From assembly GCA_051362555.1 (NCBI GenBank), contig CM120640.1:47780788-47844787 (forward strand): a DNA stretch of 64,000 bases, read 5' to 3'. Made by a program: the position numbers and the translations under genes. The stretch comes from Lingula anatina (lineage: Eukaryota > Animalia > Brachiopoda). Numbering within the stretch: the stretch's first letter is position 1; the number at the start of each line of letters is the position of its first letter. Shown here in pieces: positions 1 to 58,030 of this stretch. Below the pieces are notes generated by a model. That model ran no database searches. It worked only from the letters and a program-made list of their open reading frames with translations, and was not told the origin of the DNA.

Positions 1-374
1 CGTCAACGTTGATTCAACATTGATACCTCAAGGTTGATTCAACCTTGATGGTTCAACGTTGATTCAACTTTCATAGTCAACGTCGTATCAACATAGTTTC
101 AACGTTGACTATCAACGTTGATTCAACATTGATACCTCAAGGTTGATTCAACCTTGATAGTTCAACGTTGAGTCAACTTTCATAGTCAACGTCATGTCAA
201 CATAGTTTCAACGTTGACCGTCAACGTTGATTCAACATTGATACCTCAAGGTTGATTCAACCTTGATGGTTCAACGTTGATTCAACTTTCATAGTCAACG
301 TCATATCAACATAGTTTCAACGTTGACCATCAACGTTGATTCAACATTGATTCAATGTTGATTTGCCCGCTGGG
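1..374. repeat. 109-bp tandem repeat (about 3.3 copies, cut by window edge) built from ~11-bp palindromic TCAACGTTGAT subunits, ending in GCTGGG|TA; probably the end of a non-autonomous DNA transposon
   Basis: Unit recurs at 1/110/219; self-complementary CAACGTTG cores; sharp end at TTTGCCCGCTGGG followed by TA. Confidence 0.75.
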
Positions 375-2530
375 TAGTTCATTTGTTGATGAAAATTAAT
401 ACACCGGGAATTCAGTAATAATATTATTACCAAAATGACTTTCACTTCAATAATTAATTGAAGTGAGTCATTTTGGATGGTTTGCTACAAGATGTAGATA
501 TGGACTTTTTGTTTGTTGCAATCTATGCAAAAAACTGTCCATTTTCTTGAGATACTACAACCAATATTTAGTCCTATCTCATGTTTCAGTCATAGTCTAA
601 TGGATGCAATTTCATTGCTGACGAGTCTTATTTTGACAGTTGTCTGTTTTATACAGTTGAGCTCACTTTAGCTAATGTTAACCTTCAGTTCTTCAGAGAA
701 AGTTCTGTGCCCATGGTGACTGCTTGATCAGAAGGGTCATAATGCAAAGTCTTTAGTGTAAGTGGGCCCTAAGCTTAGACCAACTTTAATACTAGTATGT
801 TTAAGACATAAGTCATCAATGCACCTTATGCTTTTGGTAAGAAAACCACTGCACTTGCAACACCAAACTTTTTATACCTGGGCATATGCTTTAATTAGAT
901 ACATGTAACTTGGTTTTAATATTTAAATGATTTTTCATGAAAATTACAGTAAATATAACAATCATGTTTCTTCCATAATCAACCTGGTATATTATATTTC
1001 TTAAGTATATTGAAAATATACAACAAAATGGTCTTTGAAAATCTTTTATTTTTTATTTTAGTCAATATGTCATGAGAGACACATTTGTCCCTCTTACAAT
1101 TTCTTCTCAAGATCCAGTCCTTATAAATATATAAATATACAGCCAAGCTTTTCATCACAGAAATAAAGTCACAGTGCCTGAAAGATATACAGTACCAGCA
1201 CTCAATATAACATTACATAAGATGGTTAATTTATATAATTATATCTTCCTTAATATATTAATTTTTATATAAGCAGCAACATTTTTGTCTTTTCTCCAAT
1301 AGTGCTTGAAATAACTAAATGTATTGCAATAACATAACAACAACAAAACAGGCAAACAAAAATATTTCCATGGTAGAATAGAAAGCCCCAAATCCTGGGT
1401 ATGTTTGAGTAGGTACGTGGGAAGATAAAATGTAAAGATGGTCAGGGCATCACTGATATTACATCTTCTCAAGATTGGAAATTATCTTTCAATTACTGAG
1501 AGGGAAATTTTGATGGACCATGCCACAAACTACATTTCCATAATGAACATGGTCATTGCAGCCTGTGGCCTATTTGCCACAGCCAATCATGTTTTCAAAT
1601 TTATGTTTATTCTGATCTCCTTTTTCCACTTCCAATATTATTCTTCAACTTAAATAAACAAACGGATAAATAATGATAATGGCAAAAGAGTGTCATGGCC
1701 TGCAGCCATTAGTACTGGTAAATAGTATATTTGTATTCTGAATGCATTTGGCAATATTTGGTAACACTGAAAATAACTGATTTTATTTTTGCCAAACCAC
1801 ATATGCCAGTGTTTTGTTGGTCCCTTTTTTGCCATTGTCATATAACATGCAATCAGGCAAAAGTGATTATGTAACTTATTGGTGCCAAATTTTATATTCA
1901 GTAACATTTGTTTACTTCATTTGTGACCTCTAATTTATACCATATCATAAAGCACTATTCGCATAAAGAATAGACTTTAAAATGAAATACAAATATGCAA
2001 ATTAAATAAATGGGAGGAAAATAAGGAGGGTATAAAATGTTTTATCCATTTCATAAATAAATTGCTTTTCATCAATCAAATTAAATAACAATTTGTGCCC
2101 TTAGTGTCCAAATCTCTTCAATGACTTTCAAATTTACTTTATGTTATATCCTTTGTGACATTTAGATGAGAGATCATGACCCGATGTTTGTGCTCTGGCT
2201 TTCACCAGCCTGGTTCCCATACCTGCTTCATTGGTCCCATGCAAAATAAACTGATCCCATATATAAATCTCAAAATGTGGAACACCTAAACAATATAGCA
2301 CATGAGCCTCCCATTACACATGTGCTCAGTAGTGTATTCTAATTGAAGTCTTCCAACAATTTTCCATATTTTCTCTCCAGAACCCATCTCAATGTTCAAG
2401 ATTAAGGTGATGCAAAAAAGATTTATCAAAGTGGAAAGTGTCAAAGGATTCTAACCCATTATGATATCCTTTGTTTCCTGACACAAACCAAACTGCATTC
2501 AATTTGGCAAGTACATTTTTGTGTCAACAA

Positions 2531-46925
<44,395 letters not shown>

Positions 46926-47931
46926 CACGATTGTTTCAACGTTATTGCGTCCGCGCTCTCTCAAAAATGCATTCTTCTAGCACCATCGATGTAACAGAGA
47001 AATAAACGGTTTCCCTGCTTCACAGCTAACCCATATTCATAACACAGTGCTAGGCAAGCCACTCAAACATCATGATACTTCCAACTTCAAACACAATCGT
47101 TGAGCGGTAGCCTCCGACTGCGATGACCAATTTCGATAACAATCTAATGAACGGAAGTATTTGGCTTGTCTTGACGAATGGCGACAACGAAACATTTGCG
47201 GGAAACAAGTGGTTGATCAAGATCTTGTACCTGATAGCTGAAAGATTGACAGTGCTTGGAACGTTTCAGCGCTAATAATTCTATAAAATCTAATAAAAAA
47301 CAGAAATGAAACTGAAAAACAGATTACAGATAAAACATTTTGTCCACAACATTGGGCATATAACAAATAGTTTTACAAAAAAAAAAAGGATGAATAAATT
47401 TTTACTGAATTCCTATGTACAGCCTGTATGTTATATAATGATGAAACCAATGCCTTTACATGCGACTCCAAACTGAAAAAAATTACTTGCCTTTCTGCCA
47501 TAGGACAATATTTTCCTTTCCAAAACAGTGTGTTTTGTGAGCCATGAAACAAATTTTGTAAAATTATGAATGAAAAAGAATACGATTAAATAAAAAAAAT
47601 GTGAGGTGTATATGGTATAATGACTTGTAGCAATCAATTCGGATTTAAATGGCAACATTTTAAAGTAATAATCTAAAAAAATGCATTCATTCAAAAAAAT
47701 TGAAAAAGAAAATAAATATAGTTCAATGAGAAAAATAATTTAAAGAAATATTCTCACTTTAAAATTGCCTCCCTTAACTACATCATAAAAAGGAACATTT
47801 TATTTATTCATTATCAAAAATACTACAATTGCTTCTAAACCTTTTTATTTCAAGTTATCTTTTTTATTTTATTTAATTTTTTTAAATCTCACTTTAATTA
47901 TGTTAGCGTTTATGTTTTTTTACTACGAACG

Positions 47932-47963
<32 letters not shown>

Positions 47964-48500
47964 TTTTGACTTATTTGTTGACATGAACCACATTTTATCT
48001 TCATCAAATTCTGTCTTCGTTTTTTCTGGTATTGTCTTTGGTATTTTCTTTAATAAGCCCCTTTTACACTGGACGGCGTCGATCCTTTCTGCATTTATAA
48101 ATATATGGTCTAAATACAGAGACAGTCTCTTCTTGAAGGTTGCGCCATCTATAGAGCTATCGTGTAAACGGCGAAAGCACATGGCTTGCGAAAAAGGACA
48201 CAGTTCCTATGGTTTCGTGTAATATTTGTGGCGTTTCATTTTTAATTTGATGTATCAGACTTATTCCGAAGGTGGACTCTCTTAGGTTTGTTTTTTGTTT
48301 ATCTTGATTTATTTTTGTTCTGGCTCACCTATGGGCTTTAATCTGGATTACGGTTCTACTCTAGGCCTTAAAACGATCTGGAACTTGAGTTATGTCCAGA
48401 AGTTGGGTTGCGCTATGCTATATCTTTTATGGGTTGGCACATATCAGAAAACGTGAAATAGGGGTGCCTACGCATAGTTTATCGTGCCATGGTGAATCCA
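46926..48500. promoter_or_regulatory. Divergent promoter region between KIF21 and HEATR1, including probable 5' UTR exons
   Basis: Two CpG-richer patches (~46780-47280, ~48070-48500) in CpG-poor DNA; ETS-like ACGGAAGT 47151, E2F-like GCGGGAAA 47198, YY1-like CGCCATCT 48143; HEATR1 ATG is preceded by an acceptor at 48762, implying an upstream non-coding exon. Confidence 0.6.
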
Positions 48501-48769
48501 GTTTAATAAGATTGAAGGGGGTATGCAAATAAATGGTACAACTAGTACGGTAGGTCAATTCCAACTCCTGTGACTGGGACCCGATTCCAATATTTTGTTT
48601 TCGAAAAGAGTCTTTTTATCCATGTACTGCTACTCAAAAAAGTTTTTACCTCCTATGCCAATTTGATGTTCTTTCGTACCCATTCTAGTGGTAAAAGACC
48701 AATTTCCCCTTGCCCATTTTTGTCAGATTTCTTAATTAACAATTTTTTCAACTTACTTACAGGTGAACC

Positions 48770-48911
48770 ATGACATCTCTAGCCAAACAGCTGCAGCGTT
48801 TAGCTGTTCCATTTACACAGACTGTCTTAGGTGAAGACAAGAGGAAGGCATCACTGCTGTTTGATCCCAAGGAGGCAGCAAACCTTGACAGAGAAACCTA
48901 CTATGCTTTAG
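48770..48911 (+). CDS. HEATR1: HEATR1 coding exon 1
   Basis: MTSLAKQLQRLAVP...ASLLFDPKEAANLDRETYYAL. Confidence 0.94.
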
Positions 48912-51900
48912 GTAAATTATTGAAATAAATAGTATCTACATTAGTGTTAGTCTTTATTAAATATAAGAATTGGCATTATATACCAAGATAATAATATTCT
49001 CTGTTTTGAAAATTATCAATTTTTCTTCATGCTAGCTCATTCCATATGGCATGTACTAGTATTAAATACAGTCCAAGTGTTTCATTGAAACATTTGTTAT
49101 ATATTTATGTTTACAGGAATAAATGGTCTAGAAGAACTTGAAAATATAGATGGTGCTTTCCAACAGTTTGAAGACACTCTCTTTAATGAGTCATCCCAGT
49201 CCTTTGAACGAAGTGTCCAGACAAAAGAAGTGAATGACAAACTGGATCAGACGATATCAGAATTCCTGATTTGTGTTTCACCTTACTTTCTGCTTAGACC
49301 TGCTCAGAAAGCAATGGAGTGGCTGATTTATAGGTAAACATAGAAGGGAATTATATGTAGTGGTCTTTGTATTGTATTTTTTTTTTATTTAGGTGGCTAA
49401 AACTATATGGATATTTCTTCATATTCTTTGATAAAGGAAATTTGTACAGAATAATATATCAGTGTATAATCATCATTTTTTTTTCAAATAATAAGAGATT
49501 TTATTGTCTATATAAGCTGTGTCTATAAAAAATGAATATTTCAAGTTGCTTAATTGAATCCCTTGTTACCTTTTATCCATAGGTACCATATTCACCAGTA
49601 CAATGTGGACAACTTGATCCTGTGTGTCCTACCTTACCATGAGACCAACATGTTTGTGAGGGTAATACAGTTGCTCAAGCTGTCTGATCCAACATCAAGA
49701 TGGAACTGGATAGAGGGGATTCAGGTCAGTGGAAATTTGATGATACAGTTTTGATAAAGAAAATGATACTTTCAAGGATTGCCCAATGGAATGAAAATAA
49801 AATTGTGGTAAATGGCATTATGCACTTTTTGAACTTGTTATTAAAGTTTAAGAACAAGTTGGATTAACTGAAAATGTCTGAAAATTGCTTTGTTTATCAG
49901 ACTTTTCCAAGTGCAGCTAATGTTTGAGTTGTATTGGGAAATATGGTGATTGTTGTCCTGTGACAAAATTGGATGATTTTATTTTTATGCATTTTTTAGT
50001 TTTTTTCTTTACACTTTTTCTAAATGATGACTTTCCAGAAACCTGGAGTTCCACTTGCCAGATCCACTGTGATAACTCACTGCTACAAGGATCCAAGCTT
50101 TCTGACTTTTATCTGTGAAATGGTGCCTAAGTTTCTCAAAGTAAGTGATTTGAGAAATTAATACTTTGTGATAATGACCATGGATTTCAAATGATGACAT
50201 GAATCAAATTTTTCTAATCTTGATTAAGCTAAAAAAATGAATTACTCCTATTTTTGAGTTAAGAAATAGTTGACTTCCTTTCTAAATATTTTTCTGTTTG
50301 CTTATCCGTACTGGTGTAATTCAGCTTTTTAAACACCTTGCTTTCACTTTGAAGGTTCATGGTACAGACCACAGTCCAACATCCCCACTGAGAGCAGTCA
50401 TTTCCTTCTACGCATCCACTGTGGTGGGTGCCCTGCAGTACTGTGACCCCATCACGGATAGTCTCATTGCACAGCTGATGCCACATTTGGTCAAGGGGCT
50501 GAAGTCCAAGAGTGTGGATTATAAAGCAGCCTCCTACATGATAGCCAGTCAGTTGACCAGCAGGACAAAACTGAAGACCGAAGTGCTTACAACTCTGTTG
50601 CCTGTGTTGACCAAGGTTAGTCAGTATCTTGACTAAGGTTAGTCAGTGTAATAAGTAGAAAGAGGCAAGGTTCAAGGGTTTGTAGAAATGATAGGCTTTT
50701 AAAACTGTTGCAAAGCTATTTTTCCTTAGCAAAATGTAACTACTCTGTCACAGTTGGTTTAAGTTGTAAAATGTATTGATATTTAAGGGGAAATTATCAT
50801 TTGGTTAAACAGGACTATTGCCGGTCACTAATGTTCATTATAAATACTTATGATAATAACTTGATTTTCTAGCATGTTCCTGTTAAGTTAAGCAGCGAGG
50901 CACTTGCATGTGTTGCTGTTATATTCCAGTCACAGAAAATAGATAAAATACCAAAAAAGTAAGTAAAGAATATGCAAAAGCAGGAAGCAAACATACTTTT
51001 ACTTGAATACTGGATATAGAAGTTGTCTTTTTTTTTCATCAACCCAGTGAAACAATTGAAAAGGGGCTCTCTTGTAGAGAAGATATACCATAGGGAAAAT
51101 TGATAGACCCAAGGTTTGAACACTTTAAGTAATATCCAATCTTTTGAGGTCAAGTTTAAAAATGGTAAGTCTTCTAAGCAAGGTGGCACAATCATCAATT
51201 AAATTGTCAACATTTTATTTCCAGAAGTTTCAAACATCTGTGTAAGCTGCCTGGTCTGGTTCAGTCCATGTGTCAGCTCTCTTCCCAGTACATCCTGGAC
51301 TCTCTCCTGTCCCCTTTCCTGGACAAACTGGTTCCTGCTGCTGTCAAGGACACTGCAACCATGACAACCAGCAGTGACGGAGGGGAGGAGCTTGTGCATG
51401 GACCGCCCCCCTATCTCAGCCTCCTGGAAGGTCTACTGGGGGATGTCCAGTTGAAGACTGCTTTGGCACAGCAGGTTATAAGGTATGTTATGCTAAAAGT
51501 TAGCAATTGTAAACAGGTATATATGTTAGTGCACTAGGGAATTTATGCTCACGATCACCTTATTCTGTATATCTTCTGTGAAGTTTTGTCTGAAGTTATC
51601 CAACAATACAAATATTTTGATATTCTCCATGTCATTGTGGGGAAATTGAGATATATACATAATAAGTAATTATGTATTTAGAAAAGAACTAATAGAAATG
51701 TTAAATATATATATTTTTCAAAATTAAAATGAAAAAAGTGGTTTCAACTTTTTGAAAGGTCTCTCTTGGATGAATACATCAAATTTAGAAAAAACACAGC
51801 TGGTGAAGATGCCATTGCCTCACTTAATGAAAGGATGAAGGGGGTGGTGCGGGTGCTAGAACAGAGGTGAAATATTTTATTGGTTATACCTAAGTAGATT

Positions 51901-54900
51901 TTTTAAGTGCTGAATGTTTGATATCTTTGATGTCTGCATTCTATAACCTTCTTCAATAAATAGTGAGATTGATCATATATAGATGTATCTTTACTCCCTG
52001 ATTTTGGGGCTAAATAATGATTCTGGTTTTCACCCTCCCAAGTGTTTTAAATCATTTATGGTGCTTTGCATAAGGAAACGAAATTACTTATATTGTCACA
52101 ATAATCATCATGGCAGATGAAACTCATTTTCCCCCTTCACCCAAGGTATCCTATTTTGATGGATACGGCTGTGGAAGAAGGACTAAAGAAGCACAATGGT
52201 TCAGTAGTCCAGGGCTACATAGAGCAGTTTGCGTCCCTGTCCTTGTCCTCTGTGAAGCACCAGATTCTGCCCGACTCCAGTACCAGTCTTTTGCTGAGTT
52301 TAAACCACCCCCAGGAGGAGATCAGAAAATTGGCTGTTACACATCTGGCAGAGAAACTCACAGTAGAGACAGTAAGGCTCTTTGATTTATTTGAGTTTGA
52401 GATATTTAGTAGATTTATAAGAATATTTTACAGGCTTTTTTCCTGATATGTATATAAAGCATCATAGAAATGAGAAGTATGTTCAACATTTCAAAATGTA
52501 CTTTTTTGCACATAACAAAATTGGTTCAATTTTTTACTTGAAATTTTTCATTTTTTTCAACTGTCAAGATAAACAATAGTTCTGAATGTCCTGGGCAAAC
52601 ATTTCCTTAACTGGTTAGTATGCAAAGCATTGTGTCTGTTGTTCTTACATTGTGTTTGAATGTTCCAGGCACAGTGTGATTCATTTTATAAAGAGGCACT
52701 GGTCAGCAGGCTGCAGGATGACCAACCAATGGTTGTACTGGCAGTGCTGAAAATTGGAGAGGTATGCACATTGTGGTCACACACAGATATTAAAAAATTT
52801 TTATGAATGAACAATGTCCTTTTATATCAGTGATGAGAATTATGGGTCCGATATTTTTACAAGAATTTCAGGTTGATTGCAATATTGTTGTCTGGTGCAG
52901 CAGCTGCTAAATGTTGTAATGTGTGACCATGCAGTCCCACATTTGTAATAATAATGAATAAAAATATTCTTTTCTAGATTTTATGGCAGATCATTCCCCC
53001 TACTGAACTATTTGAGATTCTACAGAAGGTGCTTCAGAAGGGATATGTAAAGTCCAAATGGTTTGTGCCTTTATCTATAGATAGGCTAAATGCAGATATT
53101 TATGCTTATTATGTTGATAATTAAATTCATAGTTGTGGAAAGTAAAGCCTTTATTTACGTCTCAGAAAAAGAGGGGTTATCAAAATATAAAGTATAATAA
53201 AACTTTAAAATTAAGAAAGACAAATATTATTTTAAAAAACATCTGTCATTTATGGTTTTGTAATCTACCAGGCGACCAACTTTAAAGACAACCTTGGAGT
53301 TAATATGCTCCATGTCCACCAAGGGTGACCACAGCAAGGATACATCCATGACCATGGTACTTCTGCCCCATATGTTAGTGACCCAGGCTGAGGAGGAGGC
53401 CGTAGAACTGGCCAGGACTGTACTGGAGTCTTCTTATGCTTCACAACATACCTTATTCAAAGACCTGAAGAAAGGTGATTTTTTTATTTGTATATTTTTT
53501 GTGGGGAGAGAGGAAAAATCTATCATTTGTTTAACAGTTGGTTTGCTCCAAAATATGTTGTAGTAATCTACCATGCAAACACCAATTCATGAACTTTATT
53601 AACAAAATTTTAAGAAAGATTTTTTTTTACTTCTATTTTTATCTCTGTTTAATGTATAAGCAAAATTTTACATCAGAAAGATAGTATTTGTTTTGATATC
53701 AACCACTAGAATGGTGCACATTCAAATATTTTTGTTTTTCAGTGTGGTGTAAAAAGGCTCCTGGCACCAATGTGACTTTGGAAGCAGTAGCTGACTTAAA
53801 TGAATGTTTGATAGATGGCCTTAGCAGTGTTTTGTGTAGGTTGACTGCAGCAGAAAGAAGAAAGTGGGTATGTACACATAAACATTCAACAAATATTGAT
53901 GCACATACATTCTTATATCTTCTGAATCAAATTGTTTTAGCATTTCAAATGATGTAAATGTGGATCCATATATATATATATATATATGGCACTTATACAT
54001 CATTGTTACAACTGGTATTTTAGGTAACGGTGCTTGTGAACCACAAGGCAGCAAACCAAAAGTTACAAACCTCTCTTAGTTTCATCACATTGATGACATT
54101 GTCTGCCATGATGGAGCATAGTGGTCCTGTGGGAACTGAGGCAGCTGAGGAAGTAGTGGCAGTGCTGCTTAGGAACTGGAAAGTTGTGAATGGTGACAAG
54201 AAAGTATGCACAATTGTAAAGATATTCTTATAGTGTCAGTCTACTGTGGAAGTGATATAATTATAACAGGAATATTTTCACTGGAGTGCTCAAAGCGGGG
54301 ATGAAAGATGTTTTTTTACTTCACTGGTTCAACATTCTTAAGGCAGGTGACTTTTGTAATAATTTAATTTTTTTAATGGCCAATTTGTTTGTTTATAAAG
54401 TTTTAAAATATAATTGTTTGTGACATTTTCTCCTAAAGAGCCCAAAGCAAAAAAATGTAGAAGCAACTCCACTTGACCTAACCACAGCAGTGAAAGAATT
54501 CGGGAGCAAGAGGCATCTGTACAGCAATTTCATCCAGTCAGTTAAAGAAAACAAAGGGCTTCCAGAGGGTGTCTTTATTGGGGTTATGTATAGGTTGATC
54601 TCTTCTCTTAAGATATCCAAACAACTGGCAGGTAATTTTCATCAAAAGTAAAAATATTTGTATCATTGTTTTGTGTATCTGAAAATCATGCCTTAGTTAT
54701 AAGGAAAGGGCAGAAACTGAAAAAGATTGGAAAACTCCACTTTTAGATGCATGCAGCTCAATTAACGAAGAAATCTTCTAATTATAATATATATTTCTTA
54801 GTATTCATTATAATTAGAAGATAAATTCTAATTATAATATATATTTCTTAGTATTCATTTTCCTTCTTTAAAGTTTTTATTTCTGTCATGCCTTGAGCAT

Positions 54901-57900
54901 ATATTTTGCTGTTTCCAAGGCAAGCACTGGTGGGCAATCCACCCAGAGAAGAAAGGTGATGATCTGTACCTCCATGTGTGCACCAGGATATTTGACATGC
55001 TGACCACAGCCCTGGCCTCTGACCAACAGGAAAACATGAAGTGTTATGAAAGTCTGTTGCAGCTGTTGTTTAAGGTGAGTATAATGAGTCTTGGTGATGG
55101 TAGCATGTCTGTTTAGGTCAAGTTGTATGTGTGGCGTATTAAACAATGACCCAGCTCTCCATGTTATGTTAATAGAAGATTTAGGACCTTTTTGGCAAAT
55201 GATCTGAGTGCTTAGTCTTGGTGAAGATACATTTAATTTTTCATTATTGCTGTGGGTTGAAGACAGATCATCAGATTAAGATAATTTAATCAAAGACTTA
55301 AATGTTAACTGAGGAGTAAGTGCTTTGTCCATGATTATCATGATATGCAATGTAAAAAAATATTTTTCATTTTTTTCCTCCAGACCCAGTTTGACAAGTT
55401 ATCCCTTCTGTTTAAATTCCTGGCCATGCTTTGGACATCTAACTGTCTGGACATGTCCATCACGTCTCTGACCACGGTCACCCAGGCCAGAGCTTTGAGA
55501 GTGGCCTGTGCTGCCCTCTCCAGTGTGGACAATAAGGCAGATATGGCTGCTTTAATGGGCACCAAATCTCCAGGTAAGCACAGTGGTAGTTATACCTCTC
55601 GAGGGGAAATTATTCAATAACATAAATGCTTTATACACTGTTCCCATCTTGACCACCATATATTTGTAAATGAAGTGATTGACATCTGTAATTGCTATGT
55701 GTTTATTTTAGTACACAAACAATTCTAGATATTTTGGATGTAATATCAGCATTTATGTTTGATTGGTATTTTTTAATATATATGTTGTATTTTTTTCTGC
55801 ATTATTTCTAGTAATCCCTAGTTTGCTGGTATCCCTGACTTCGGTGTATCCCCCAGTACGTGAGGCTGCCTTGATGATCCTGGGGGCAGTGAAAGAGAAG
55901 TGTCCTGCAGATGCCAGCCCATATATGGTTGTGGTCAGTAGGCTAGTCCATGCAAAGGAGGAACTAATCACTGATCAACACCATTTGTCTCAGGTGAGGT
56001 GCTTTTTACATCAATTTCATAAAAGTCTTGAAGTTCTTTAACAGGGTAATGTGGCACAATTGCTATCTAGAGAATGTAATATTAATATTTTTCTTTTTTT
56101 CCTTCAAGTAGTGCCTTTGGGTAAAGTTTTTAATTGCAGGTCAAGCCATGTGTAATACAAGTTTGTTAATAGGATTTTTTGTGAGAAAGACTACTAAAGA
56201 ACATATATACATATATATATATGAAAATTTGTTACATTTGTCTTTAACTAAAACCTGGGAAAGCAGTAGTTCCATATGAATCAATGTCTCGTTTATTTGA
56301 AAAAAAAATCACTTCATTCTTCTCAGACCTTGGGAGTCCTCTTCTCAAAAATAAAGAAGGCTGAAGATGAAACTGGGGAGCTTTTAAGCCCAAAGAAGAA
56401 GGAAAAGTCTAAAGCCAAGAAAGGGCTGCTCCAGGCTGCTCTGGGAAGTCTGTTACACTGTGTGGTGAGCCAGGAGACTCCTAGACATATGGTGACAGGG
56501 TTGCTGAAATGCCTAAAGGAGGTGCACAGTGAGGTAAGGGGTTCCTTATTGAGTAATGTTTACCTTGTCCCCAGATAATAGATTTCCAGTTGCTTTAGTG
56601 AAACAAAGCATTGAAATTTGCTCAGTAGGACATAGCTCTACAATTCTGATTGTGATTGATGACAGTTAGTTTTCAGACCTTGGATGTAAAGAATGCTGCA
56701 AACATTAAAGCTCACTTTTTACGTTTATTATGCATACAGATAACTATTAAATAATATGCTAAACTATAAAATAACATCTGACAATAAGCATATTCAGTAA
56801 TAAAAAGCTTTTCACAAGATATCTCCTTCTATTAAGGATATGTTGAACCAACTACTGCCAGTGATGCAGGATATTCTGCATAGGGCATCCACAACACAAC
56901 ACCATTTGTCTCCTAATGATGCCACCTCGCTGGAGTTGATCTTGACCAAGTTTAACGCAGAGACGTCTGCTCTCCTGGCAAGAAATGATCAGAGTGTGAA
57001 ATTGTTTTTGAAAGCTTTGCAGCTTGACAAAGTGGTATGTCCTGGAAAACTTGCACCAGGGGAAATGGCTATAAAACAGGTTTGTAAATTCTGTTATGAC
57101 TGTGTTCTGAGAATAGTACTTTTAATTTAGATAGTAGAATGGTTTGTATAGGACTTAATGTGTTAGATCGCATTCACAACGAGTTGAGCCAGGCTTTACA
57201 AATCCTGGGGACTAAATATGGCGGTCGTACATGAAAGAAAAAACGCCTAATCTTTTAATAGTCTCTCCGCCTCTCACACGCCTCTCCATGTGTCTTCCCA
57301 ATGGAGCCGAGATTTAATGACTGTCCCCCCGCAGGGACGACGTGTGGGGAGGCGTGTGAGAGGCGGAGAGACTATTAAAAGATTAGGCGGTTTTTATTTC
57401 ATGTACGTCTGCCATATTTAGTCCCCAGGATTTGTAAAGCCTGGCTCAACTCATTGTGAATGCGATCTTAGTTTCTCTAAGAAATATGTTGATATGTGTG
57501 ATTTAGTGTATTGCACCTGATGTTATGGATTTGTATAAATTGTTGGCATTTAATTTTTGTAAAATTGATAAAAATAATACAGCTTGATAATGTAAATGAA
57601 GTAAAAAAGTTGTGAGAGTCTCAGCATACTGTTGCTTTGATGGTCATATCCTTATACTTGTTCCTTTAGAATCATTTATCTTGCTAAATTGTCTTTTATA
57701 ATTTCAACAGGTCACCAAGGAGTTCTTCAGTTCCATCCCCAGTGCAGATGTACAACAACTGATACTGTGTGCACTCATTGACCTGTGGACAGATGGCAGC
57801 ACTGTGGCAACAGCTACTTTGGTCACCAAGGCTTTGAAAGGGGTATAAATTATTTTGTAAAGCATAGAGAAAAAAGTTGGTTTCATGAAGTGTACAGCAG

Positions 57901-57976
57901 TAGATAATAATAAGTTGATTGAGCACTAAATGATGTGAATACATTTGCAGGCTCTCTAGACTACAATATTTACACA

Positions 57977-58030
<54 letters not shown>

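Noticed and set aside
1239-1472. Possible third KIF21 terminal exon (CAG|T GAT GCC CTG...)
   Set aside because: No polypyrimidine tract and no IRxW WD40 strand; likely 3' UTR
55101-55234. Second possible intronic snoRNA (two hairpins, ATAGAA, ACA; also TTGGCAAATG complementary to 18S near CTGA)
   Set aside because: Box spacing is off (about 20 nt) and there is no canonical C box; too weak without a covariance search
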